Source: Chthoniobacteraceae bacterium (lineage in GTDB: Bacteria; Verrucomicrobiota; Verrucomicrobiia; Chthoniobacterales; Chthoniobacteraceae). From it: a stretch of DNA of 15,954 nucleotides. The notes below the pieces were generated by a model that was given only the letters and a program-made list of their open reading frames with translations, ran no database searches and was not told the DNA's origin. Below, one piece after another: positions 1-7,890 of the stretch; positions within the stretch are counted from its first letter, which is position 1; every line of letters starts with the position of its first letter. The translations under genes were made by a program, and so were the position numbers. Location of the stretch: positions 1-15,954 of the forward strand of contig JANNXQ010000191.1 in NCBI GenBank assembly GCA_031409655.1. Reading direction: 5' to 3'.

Positions 1-2812
1 CCCGGTCTTCGAGGGCGCGGAAGAAGAATTTCTCCTGCGCCTTCGCCGCCGCGGGATCGCCCGTCGGTTCGGTCGCGAGCTTTTTGGCTTTGTCGAAGAG
101 CGTGAGCCGCTCGGCGTCGCGCGCTGCGCCGCGGCGGTGCGCGGCGTCGCGCTCGAAGTATTGCTTCCCGTCGATCCACGTCTCCAGACACACGCTCGAA
201 GTCGCGAGCGGACTGCCGCTCCACACGGCGAAGTCGCCGTCTTTCCCGACCTCCAGCGAGCCGACCATCTTGTCGATCCCGAGCTGCTTGGCGGGATTGA
301 TCGTCACAAATTTCAGCGCTTCCTCCTCGGGTGTGCCGCCGTATTTCACGGCCTTGGCCGCTTCGAGATTCATGCGCCGCGCGTGGTCGGAGGAGTCGGA
401 GTTGAAGGACACATTCACGCCGCGTTCGCGCATGATGCTGCCGGCATACGGGATCGCGTCATAGACCTCGAACTTGAATGCCCACCAGTCCGAGAACGCC
501 GACGCACCGGCGCCGTGCTTCGCGATTTCATCGGCGACTTTGTAGCCTTCGAGGATATGCTGCAGCGTCGCGACGCGCACGCCGAAGCTCTCCATCACGC
601 GGAGGAAGGCGACGATCTCATCCTGGCGATAGCTGTGGCAGTGGACGAGGCGCTCGCCGCGGATGATCTCGGCGATGGCCTCCAGTTCGAGGTCGCGCCG
701 CACGGGTTTGTCACCTTTGGCGAGGGCGGCGGCATAGAGCTGCGCGGCGGTGAAGCGGTTCGTGTGAAAGGCCGGCACGCCCATGCGCGTCTGTGGGAAG
801 CGGCTCTTGAAATTGTCACCCCAGTTCGACTGCTTCACGTTTTCGCCGAGGGCGAATTTGATGCCGCTCGGCGCGCCGGCGAGTTTCAAGTCTTCGGGTG
901 CAGCGCCGTCGCGGAGTTTGATCACGCAGTTCTGTCCACCGATGGGATTCGCCGAGCCGTGCAGGAGATTCGCGACGGTGAGCCCGCCGGCGAGTTGCTG
1001 GTGGATCATCTCCGCTTCGGAATTCACCACGTCGCCGATGCGGACCATCGCGGTGGACGGGAGCGTGCCTTCATTCACCCCACCCATGACCATGCTGTGG
1101 CTGTGGCAATCGATGAGACCCGCGGTGACGTGAATGCCGGGGCGGTCGATGACGTGCGCGTCTGCCGGCGCGTCCACCGTGCCGACTGCGCGGATTTTTC
1201 CATCGACGATGAGCAGGCTCGCATCCGTGAGTCGGCCCTGCGGCCCGCTCGTCCAGATGGTGGCCGACTTGATGTAGACCGCCTTCGGTGAAAGCAGCGG
1301 CCCGCGATCTTTCTGCGCAGGCGCGGCGGTGAGCGTCGCACGCAACGCTTCCTTCTCCTTTTTCTTCGCGTCAGCTTTGGCGTCGGCGTCTTTCTTTTTG
1401 TCGTCCTTGATCGGCCCGGGGAATTGCCGGCCATCGATCCACACTTCGCGGACGATCGCTTCCTCATCGAAGTAGCGCCCCTTCTCCACGACGGTGAAAT
1501 GCGCGAGCTTGCCGGGCTCGATGGTGCCGAGTTGATCCGCGACGCCACAGATGCGCGCGGGTTCAGTGGTGAGCGCGGCGATGGCGTCGATTTCACTCAA
1601 GCCACGCGCGATGGCGAGGCGGACATTGCTGCGAAAGCGGCTCTTTTTTCCAAGACCATACGTGGTGAGCGCGAAATTATGACCTTCGTTGCCGAGAAGG
1701 GCGGGATTGCTCGGCGCGTGATCCCAGGCACGCAGTGTCTCAAATGGCACGGCAAGCCAGTCGTCGTCCTCGGGCAGCTTCGGCACTTCCGGGAAGTCCA
1801 CCGGAACGATGAAAGGCGCGGCAGCGGCCCGGACAAAAACGGGACGACGCCACTCCTGACCGGTAGCCAGCAGGACCGGTTGCACGCCAAGTTCCGTGGC
1901 AAGGTTCAGCGCGCGATCCATCATCAGCATCGCCGAGGACTCGAAGACCACCGGCATCGTCTTGCGTACCGCGGGTTGGAGTGCATCGAGCGCGGCATCG
2001 AACGCGGGCCGCGGACGGTCATTCGGATGCGCCGTGAAGTGTGCGAGGTCCGCCGCCTGATGCTGCGCATTGAAGAAGGTCTGCCGCACCGCGGAGATCA
2101 CACCCATGAGCGAGCCGGGAAACGCCTTGGGACGCTCCGGTGCGTCCTCTGATTTCTCCGTGCGCGGGGTGTCGAGCGCGATGTGCTGGAAGGTCTCCGC
2201 GCGAATGATCGCCTCACTCGGATCGCTCGACCCCAGCGAAACGAAGGTGCTGGTCCCGCGGATCACACCGCGATCCGGCACCACATTCGCCGCGGTGAAA
2301 CCTTCCGCGCGCAGCGCCTCGAGCGCCTTCTTCTCCGGCGCATACTCGCGCGCCATCCGCCGCTCCGGCGTCACCACAGACTTCACATTTCCACCCACGG
2401 CGACCGACGACGCGCCGAGAAATCCCGTGCCCACGCCTGCCGCGAGTTCATCCACCGGCGGCGCTTCGTCTGGCGTGGACCGCTCGCTGGCTGCTTTGGA
2501 AAAGGAAACGTGCGCGTCGATGAACCCCGCATAAATCGTCATCCCCGCTAGGTCATGCACGCGCGCATCCGCCGGCACCGCCGCATCCGCGCCGACCGCC
2601 ACGATGCGCCCATCGCGGAGCACGATCGTCGCCTTCTCGATCTCCACCCCCGGCTTCACGACCACCCGCCCGCCGACCAGCGCGTGCACCGACGCGGGCA
2701 GGGGGCGATGGCCCGGGGGGCGCATTTCCTCCGCTACGACGCCGGTGAGACTGGACCATGCAGTAAACCACCCGAGGAAGGCGAAGCGAAGGGGAGCGAG
2801 TGGGGGTGACAT
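1..2812 (-). CDS. Secreted tandem-domain amidohydrolase family protein (two metallo-dependent hydrolase domains); 3' end beyond the window
   Basis: Not in the ORF track because there is no stop inside the window. Manual translation from ATG 2812 (alternative in-frame ATG 2839) gives MSPPLAPLRFAFLGWFTAWSSLTGVVAEE (signal-like). Domain 1 follows (ATIVLRDGRIVAVG...IYAGFIDAHVS...LGTIEPGKLAHF), then a K/D-rich linker, then domain 2 (GLIDCHSH, GIKFALGENVK, VHCHSY, LQHILEG, FNSDS, VTINPAKQLG, GSLEVGKDGDF). Frame was consistent at 2560, 1120 and 40. Confidence 0.9.
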   Translation of the reverse strand, partial: MSPPLAPLRFAFLGWFTAWSSLTGVVAEEMRPPGHRPLPASVHALVGGRVVVKPGVEIEKATIVLRDGRIVAVGADAAVPADARVHDLAGMTIYAGFIDAHVSFSKAASERSTPDEAPPVDELAAGVGTGFLGASSVAVGGNVKSVVTPERRMAREYAPEKKALEALRAEGFTAANVVPDRGVIRGTSTFVSLGSSDPSEAIIRAETFQHIALDTPRTEKSEDAPERPKAFPGSLMGVISAVRQTFFNAQHQAADLAHFTAHPNDRPRPAFDAALDALQPAVRKTMPVVFESSAMLMMDRALNLATELGVQPVLLATGQEWRRPVFVRAAAAPFIVPVDFPEVPKLPEDDDWLAVPFETLRAWDHAPSNPALLGNEGHNFALTTYGLGKKSRFRSNVRLAIARGLSEIDAIAALTTEPARICGVADQLGTIEPGKLAHFTVVEKGRYFDEEAIVREVWIDGRQFPGPIKDDKKKDADAKADAKKKEKEALRATLTAAPAQKDRGPLLSPKAVYIKSATIWTSGPQGRLTDASLLIVDGKIRAVGTVDAPADAHVIDRPGIHVTAGLIDCHSHSMVMGGVNEGTLPSTAMVRIGDVVNSEAEMIHQQLAGGLTVANLLHGSANPIGGQNCVIKLRDGAAPEDLKLAGAPSGIKFALGENVKQSNWGDNFKSRFPQTRMGVPAFHTNRFTAAQLYAAALAKGDKPVRRDLELEAIAEIIRGERLVHCHSYRQDEIVAFLRVMESFGVRVATLQHILEGYKVADEIAKHGAGASAFSDWWAFKFEVYDAIPYAGSIMRERGVNVSFNSDSSDHARRMNLEAAKAVKYGGTPEEEALKFVTINPAKQLGIDKMVGSLEVGKDGDFAVWSGSPLATSSVCLETWIDGKQYFERDAAHRRGAARDAERLTLFDKAKKLATEPTGDPAAAKAQEKFFFRALEDR

Positions 2813-2967
2813 CTTCAGCACACCGACTCTGGCGGCCATTTCCGCGAGTGCAAGCGCGCGCCGACGGTGTCTGGCGGGCGGCGATGCGGCCATCGTCGGG
2901 GGGATTTTCCTTGTGTCCGCGCCGCGCATTTCGGATGAGCGGACTGCACGTATTCCGCGCGATCCTT
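2813..2967. promoter_or_regulatory. Divergent intergenic region expected to hold promoters for the amidohydrolase and transglutaminase-like genes
   Basis: Inferred from head-to-head gene orientation only; no clear -35/-10 boxes identified. Confidence 0.35.
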
Positions 2968-4122
2968 ATGTGGAAGAAAACTTTCGGCAGGCTCGTATTC
3001 CTCTTCGTCACCGGCGCGGCATTGGTCTGCATCTACGGGATCGTCATGGGTTCGAGGCTCACCTGGATACTGTCTGACAATCCCCCGCCCGTGGCAGAGC
3101 CTGAGCCCGTCGATCCCGAGATGCAGCTCCGCGAGACGTTGCTGAACTACCTCGCTCAGTTGGATGCGTCCGGGAGTGAGTTCACGAAACAAGTCATCGG
3201 CGACGCGCAGTTGCAGCGTTGGAATCTGGACACCGGGATCGCCTACTTTTCCCTGCCGGCAAAACCTGGCCAGCAGGGCTACCCACAATCCGCTGTCGCG
3301 GGATTTGTGACGCGTTTCGACGAGGTGCGCTTTGCCCCTGCCGATCAGGAAGTCATGAAGCTGGACGATCTGGTGCTCCCGCGGACTCCAGAGACGGCGT
3401 TCTTTTTCGCCACTGCGGTGCAGAACTTTGCCGTCACGCCGGGGAAAAGGTTTGTCTTCCCGTATCGTTCGGCGACTTACACGGTGAGTCTCCAGGAGAC
3501 GATGGACTATCTCCACAATGAGTCCGTGGTCGGTGGCTTGCTCAATGCGGCGACGGGCAAGACGATCGGTGGTCGGGAGTTGGTGTTTTCAAATCACGGG
3601 GCGTTTGTCGCCGTGCGCGGCGAGCCCTCCCTGAAACGGCTGGCCGACGCGCTCGTCTTCGGCTTGCCCCGCGGCCCGGAAGCACGGGAACTGCGCGTGC
3701 AGCGCCTGCTGGATTTCGTCACGACGGAGATCGCCTACGATCCGAACGAGGCCGGTGCGGGCGTGGAGGTGCTCCGGCGACCGAATGAAATCCTGATGAC
3801 GCGCCGTGGCGATTGCAGCAATAAGTCGATCCTCTTTGCTTCGTTACTCGACCAACTCGGGGAACCTTACTTGTTTGCTTATATGCCCGGCCACATTGCG
3901 GTCGCTGTCCCGCGCGGACACTTCGGCGCTTACAATGGCTTGACCCTGCTCTGGGAGAAAAAGCCGTGGGTGCTTGCGGAGACGACCGCCGTGAAGTTTC
4001 GGATCGGCGTCGATCATCTCATGGACGAAACCCTCTTTCCCCGTTGCGAGTATCTCCAGTATCCGCCGAACCCGAACGTCATCGTCTCGCGCCTAACCGG
4101 CGAGCGGCTGATGTTTCGCTGA
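2968..4122 (+). CDS. Membrane-anchored transglutaminase-like (papain-fold) domain protein
   Basis: ORF 2800..4122. Likely start is ATG 2968 (MWKKTFGRLVFLFVTGAALVCIYGIVMG: basic N-terminus plus one TM helix); alternative ATG 2935. A Pro/Glu linker follows. C-terminal motifs LLDFVTTEIAY, RRPNEILMTRRGDCSNKSILFASLL, PGHIAVAV and WVLAETT give a putative Cys(3814-3816)/His(3892-3894)/Glu(3979-3981) triad. Confidence 0.8.
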   Translation: MWKKTFGRLVFLFVTGAALVCIYGIVMGSRLTWILSDNPPPVAEPEPVDPEMQLRETLLNYLAQLDASGSEFTKQVIGDAQLQRWNLDTGIAYFSLPAKPGQQGYPQSAVAGFVTRFDEVRFAPADQEVMKLDDLVLPRTPETAFFFATAVQNFAVTPGKRFVFPYRSATYTVSLQETMDYLHNESVVGGLLNAATGKTIGGRELVFSNHGAFVAVRGEPSLKRLADALVFGLPRGPEARELRVQRLLDFVTTEIAYDPNEAGAGVEVLRRPNEILMTRRGDCSNKSILFASLLDQLGEPYLFAYMPGHIAVAVPRGHFGAYNGLTLLWEKKPWVLAETTAVKFRIGVDHLMDETLFPRCEYLQYPPNPNVIVSRLTGERLMFR

Positions 4123-4125
4123 GCG

Positions 4126-5046
4126 TTAGTGACCGGTGAAGGCTTGCTTCACGGGCTGCCCGTCAAATTCCGCAGGCAAGGGAACACCCAGTAACCAAAG
4201 CGCGGTGGCGGTGGTGTCGAAAGTGGTCACGGGCTCCGCAAGGGCAAAGTCCTTTTTGACTCCCTTGCCCCAGGCGATCCACGGGATCTCCATGTCCTCG
4301 GGGATATCGAGTCCATGGGTCTTGTCATGTCCGCCATGGTCGGCACTGATGATGACCACGCTGGAATCTGCGATCCCCGCGGTGTGGAGCGCCCGCAGGA
4401 TCTGGCTGAGCGCTTGATCGGACACCTTGAAGGCTTCCTTCTGCTCCGGCGAACCCCAGCCGCTTTTGTGTCCGGCGGAGTCAGGATCGGGGAAGTGAAT
4501 GAAGCAAAGGTTTGGCTTCTTCTCCAGGATGTAAGCGGCGGCGCTTGCCGACACAGTCTGCGCGGGGTTGACGGTCTTTTCCAATTCGTCCGCCCCACCC
4601 ACGGTCGGCGTCGCTGTCTGCGGTCCTTTGAAATCGAACCGATCGAGCGAGCCATCCTGCCAGAGGTGATGAAACTTCATCTTCCCGGCAAACAGGCCCG
4701 TCACGAGCTTGGGGTCCGCTTTCCGGGCGATCGCGAAGACGGTCGGGGCGAGGATCTTTCCCTTATCCGGCTCGAAGTTATTCCAGAGCACCCGGTGCTT
4801 CGCCGGGCTGAGACCGGTGAGCATGGAAGTATGCGAGGGCAGGGTCTTCGGCGGGAAAATGGTGCGCGCTTTCCAAGTCACCGCGCCGTCGGCGGCCATC
4901 TTCTTCAGGGTCGGCATCTCGCTCTCGGCGATGACGGCGGGTTTTCCGCCATCGAAGCTGATGATGAAAACGTGCTCGGCGAGGCGCGCGGCGTGGAGAC
5001 CGGCAGCAGAGCAGAGGGAGGTGAGGAGGAGGGTAAGAAGGCGCAT
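4126..5046 (-). CDS. Alkaline phosphatase superfamily protein, nucleotide pyrophosphatase/phosphodiesterase (NPP) type, secreted
   Basis: Start at ATG 5046 gives a signal peptide (MRLLTLLLTSLCSAAGLHA). Motifs: IISFDGG, FPPKTLPSHTSMLTG (Thr nucleophile), HFPDPDSAGH, IISADHGG and a later HG. Confidence 0.9.
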   Translation of the reverse strand: MRLLTLLLTSLCSAAGLHAARLAEHVFIISFDGGKPAVIAESEMPTLKKMAADGAVTWKARTIFPPKTLPSHTSMLTGLSPAKHRVLWNNFEPDKGKILAPTVFAIARKADPKLVTGLFAGKMKFHHLWQDGSLDRFDFKGPQTATPTVGGADELEKTVNPAQTVSASAAAYILEKKPNLCFIHFPDPDSAGHKSGWGSPEQKEAFKVSDQALSQILRALHTAGIADSSVVIISADHGGHDKTHGLDIPEDMEIPWIAWGKGVKKDFALAEPVTTFDTTATALWLLGVPLPAEFDGQPVKQAFTGH

Positions 5047-5079
5047 GAATAGGGAGAGTTGAGAAACTCTTATGTTCGC

Positions 5080-5100
5080 AAGCAAGGAGTCGGGCGAGGG
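5080..5100 (+). repeat. Possible decayed copy of the REP-like element at 7822-7883
   Basis: AAGCAAGGAG at 5080-5089 is identical to 7819-7828. CAAGGAGTCGGG at 5083-5094 matches the minus-strand arm of the 7822-7883 element. Confidence 0.3.
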
Positions 5101-5168
5101 TGATTTCCTTGGGGGCGACCGTTCTCGGGCGCGGCGAATTCGGAAAGGGGCGCACCCTCAGCCAAAGC

Positions 5169-6191
5169 CTACGGCAGCAGAGAGACGCGGATCCGCACGA
5201 ACCGACCTGCGCCGGGCTGCGGCAGCACGTTATCAATGAAGAGATATTGGCGCACGCCATCGCCGGGGACGGGATCGCTGATGATGGGTGCGATCATCGT
5301 CGGGTTTGTGAAAGTAAGATCGTTTGCGGCTTCCATGATGACGGTGAGCTTCGGATCGTCGTCGCGCACGTCGAGGGTGGTGGTGAGACGGCCATCGAAA
5401 TCTGGCGTCGTCGCAAAGAGCGCTGAGGAAGAAGCAGTGCGGGCGGGGAGTCGGACGGAGTATTCGAGGACATTGGCGAGGCCGTCGCGATCGGGATCGG
5501 CAAGCGGGGAGGCCAGCGTGGCTTCGGTGGGCAGGGTGAAGTTCAGCGTCTGCCAGCCGGAGTAAGAGGAGATGACATTTAGCGTGTAGGTCTGCGTGTT
5601 AGAGCCGAGGGAGAAGCCTTTGGTCAAAGTCCCGCTATCGGTCACGCGGATGGCCACGGAATAACTACCGGAGCTACCGGCGGGCGGAATCCCGGAGACC
5701 GCGCCGGACGAACTCACGGAGAGCCACGTTGGACCGGAGACTTTGGCAAAGGTGAAGGCGTTCGCTTCCGCGTCGGTGGCTGTCGTCGTGGAGTTGTAGG
5801 CGACGCCCATCGTCGCGGTTGGGACGGGCGTGCCGGTGAAGTTCGGCGGGCGATTGCCGGGATTGGTCACGCCCACCGCATCGATGGGGAGGAGGTCGCC
5901 ATCGGGGTCGCGGAGTTCTTCGCCATTCGTGCGTCCGTCGCCGTCGCTATCGAGCGCCGCGAAGGCCGGGGTCCAGAACGGGACGTTCGATGAAGTGCCG
6001 CTGATCGCCGTATTGACCGCCGCGCCAAAGGCCGTGCGGGTGCCTGAACCGGCGGGGTTTACGTGGCAGTTTGCGCAGCTGATGACGGTCCCATTCGGAA
6101 TCCGCGCGACGCGAAAACTTCGACTGTGCGCCAGCGAACCGAGAAATCCGAGCGCGAACAGGGCAAGCGTGAGGGAGGAGGGGCGATGCAT
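5169..6191 (-). CDS. Secreted protein: temptin-like domain with CxxCH heme-c motif + Ig/cadherin-like domain + C-terminal DPDxDG module
   Basis: 340-aa ORF with a signal peptide (about aa 1-23). aa 24-112: IPNG..CANCHVNPAGSG..FG..WT..DSDGDGRTNGEELRDP..TNPG. aa ~113-207 is Ig/He_PIG-like (ATDAEANAFTF, GPTWLSV, SGAVSGIP, VAIRVTD). aa ~208-340: YSGW..DPDRDGLANVLEY..RFVRIRV. Confidence 0.85.
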   Translation of the reverse strand: MHRPSSLTLALFALGFLGSLAHSRSFRVARIPNGTVISCANCHVNPAGSGTRTAFGAAVNTAISGTSSNVPFWTPAFAALDSDGDGRTNGEELRDPDGDLLPIDAVGVTNPGNRPPNFTGTPVPTATMGVAYNSTTTATDAEANAFTFAKVSGPTWLSVSSSGAVSGIPPAGSSGSYSVAIRVTDSGTLTKGFSLGSNTQTYTLNVISSYSGWQTLNFTLPTEATLASPLADPDRDGLANVLEYSVRLPARTASSSALFATTPDFDGRLTTTLDVRDDDPKLTVIMEAANDLTFTNPTMIAPIISDPVPGDGVRQYLFIDNVLPQPGAGRFVRIRVSLLP

Positions 6192-6228
6192 GGTGGGGCC
6201 GCGGAGCCCACTACACTTCTGCCTGATT

Positions 6229-7704
6229 TCAAGCGAAGACTGCGGTGACCGGCTTCGCCTTCACCAACTCGCGGGGCTGGTTGAGATGGTTATACACGAT
6301 GGTCTCGGGATCGATGCCGAAGGCGTGGTAGATCGCCGCGAGCAACTCGGTGGGATGCACCGGATCGCTCTTCGGGCTGGAGCCCGTGGCATCACTTTCA
6401 CCATGCACGTAGCCGCGCTTCACCCCGGCTCCGGCGACCACTGCCGTGTAGCAGTATGGCCAGTGATCGCGGCCATCGGCGCTGTTCACATTGCCGCTGG
6501 TGCTCAGACCTTTCTCCGGGCTGCGGCCGAATTCCCCGAGCGCGACGACCAGTGTCTCATCGAGCAAGCCGCGCTGATCGAGATCTTCGATGAAAGCGCT
6601 GAAGCCCTGGTCAAACATCGGCCCAGCCTGGCTTTTGAGGCGCGAGGTGAGGCCAGTGTGCATGTCCCAGGAATGGTTGTCCGAGTTCGCAACCTTCGGC
6701 CACACGACTTCCACGACGCGGGTGCCGGCTTCGACGAGTCGGCGCGCGAGGAGCAGCGATTGCCCGAAAGTATTCATCCCGTAAGCCGCGCGCATCTTGT
6801 CCGTCTCCCGATCGATCGCAAAAGCATCGCGCGCCTTGCCGCTGGTGATGAGGTCGAGCGCTTTACCGTAGTATTCGTCGAGCTGGTAACTTTCCACCGC
6901 CTTCTCGATCTCCGGCATGGTGCTCTCGATGGACTCGCGCAGGCTCGCGCGGCGCTTGAGCCGCTGGGCGAAGACCTCGGGACGAAGGTTGAGGTCGTCC
7001 ACCTTCACGCGGTTCATCTTCGTCATGTCGAGATCGTCGCCATCCGGGAAGAGCGTGTAGGGATCGTAGGCCTTCCCGAGGAAGCCCGCGGTGCCGCCTT
7101 TGCCGACCACATTGGACTCCTGCAAAGGGCGCGGCAGCATCACGAAAGGAAGCATCGGCTCCTGCGGCGGTTTCAGGCGGATGATGTTTGCCCCAAAGTT
7201 CGGGTAGTCCTTCGCATTTGGCGGCTCGAGCTGGCCGGAGGGCGAGACCTTGTCCGTGGTGTAGCCGGTCATGATCTGGTAAATCGCCGCAGTGTGATTA
7301 AAGAGACCGTTTGGCGTGTAACTCATCGAGCGGATCATCGAGAACTTGTCGTTCATCGTCGCGAGCTTCGGCAGGATCTCGGTGAAATTGATGCCGGGGA
7401 TCTTTGTCCGGATGTTCGTGAACGGGCTCTTGATTTTGTCCGAGACGTTTTCCTTCGGGTCCCACATGTCGAGGTGGCTCGGCCCGCCCTGGAGATAGAC
7501 GAGGATCACACTCTTCGCCTTGCCCCAGCCAGGGCCGCCCTTGGCGAGACCTTCTGCAACCGCGGCCTTCGCTTTCAAGCTGAGCATGGAGCCGAGGGTG
7601 CAGCCGAGAATGGCGGAGCCACCGACGCGGAGCAGATCGCGACGGGTGATGCCGAGGTGAGTGTCGCAGAGGTCGCGACCGGGTTGGCCAGGGATACGGA
7701 TCAT
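6229..7704 (-). CDS. DUF1501 domain-containing protein with twin-arginine (Tat) signal
   Basis: Start moved from the ORF-track position 7848 to ATG 7704 ([14 protein letters not shown]...[11 protein letters not shown]). Family motifs: [69 protein letters not shown]. Confidence 0.92.
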   Translation of the reverse strand: MIRIPGQPGRDLCDTHLGITRRDLLRVGGSAILGCTLGSMLSLKAKAAVAEGLAKGGPGWGKAKSVILVYLQGGPSHLDMWDPKENVSDKIKSPFTNIRTKIPGINFTEILPKLATMNDKFSMIRSMSYTPNGLFNHTAAIYQIMTGYTTDKVSPSGQLEPPNAKDYPNFGANIIRLKPPQEPMLPFVMLPRPLQESNVVGKGGTAGFLGKAYDPYTLFPDGDDLDMTKMNRVKVDDLNLRPEVFAQRLKRRASLRESIESTMPEIEKAVESYQLDEYYGKALDLITSGKARDAFAIDRETDKMRAAYGMNTFGQSLLLARRLVEAGTRVVEVVWPKVANSDNHSWDMHTGLTSRLKSQAGPMFDQGFSAFIEDLDQRGLLDETLVVALGEFGRSPEKGLSTSGNVNSADGRDHWPYCYTAVVAGAGVKRGYVHGESDATGSSPKSDPVHPTELLAAIYHAFGIDPETIVYNHLNQPRELVKAKPVTAVFA

Positions 7705-7821
7705 AAGCGCGAAGCGTTGGGAGGGTGGAGACGGGAGTGAATCAGGAAGGGAACCACCGCCATGAGCAATGTTTAGAGCCAAATGCCGATGCTGACGAGG
7801 GTGAATCCCGGCGGGACGAAG

Positions 7822-7883
7822 CAAGGAGCAGGGGCGCCCTCGCCTCAAGGATCTCCTCGGGGCGAGGGCGCCCCGACTCCTTG
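7822..7883. repeat. Inverted REP-like doublet (REPIN-like) forming a 62-bp hairpin; may also act as a terminator or mRNA stabiliser
   Basis: Left arm CAAGGAGCAGGGGCGCCCTCGCC matches the reverse complement of the right arm (CAAGGAGTCGGGGCGCCCTCGCC) at 21/23 positions. Each arm is GGAG plus a short hairpin. The minus-strand copy GGAG-TCGGGGCG-CCCT-CGCCCCGA (7880..7857) is perfect; the plus-strand copy (7825..7848) is degenerate. The element starts 7 bp after the 7891 stop. Confidence 0.75.
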
Positions 7884-7890
7884 AGCCGAC

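Noticed and set aside
137..2551. Plus-strand ORFs 137..1291, 1424..2152 and 2183..2551
   Set aside because: Antisense to the continuous amidohydrolase frame, which carries clear family motifs.
5830..7740. 636-aa plus-strand ORF
   Set aside because: Antisense shadow of the DUF1501 and temptin-like genes. It has no recognisable motifs, and long antisense frames are expected in GC-rich DNA.
7765..7782. Sigma-54-like TGGC...TTGC upstream of DUF1501 (minus strand TGGCTCTAAACATTGCT)
   Set aside because: Spacing is GG-N11-GC, whereas sigma-54 promoters require GG-N10-GC.
7705..7848. 48-aa N-terminal extension of DUF1501 in the ORF track
   Set aside because: It begins inside the REP hairpin and would bury the Tat motif; ATG 7704 fits the family N-terminus.
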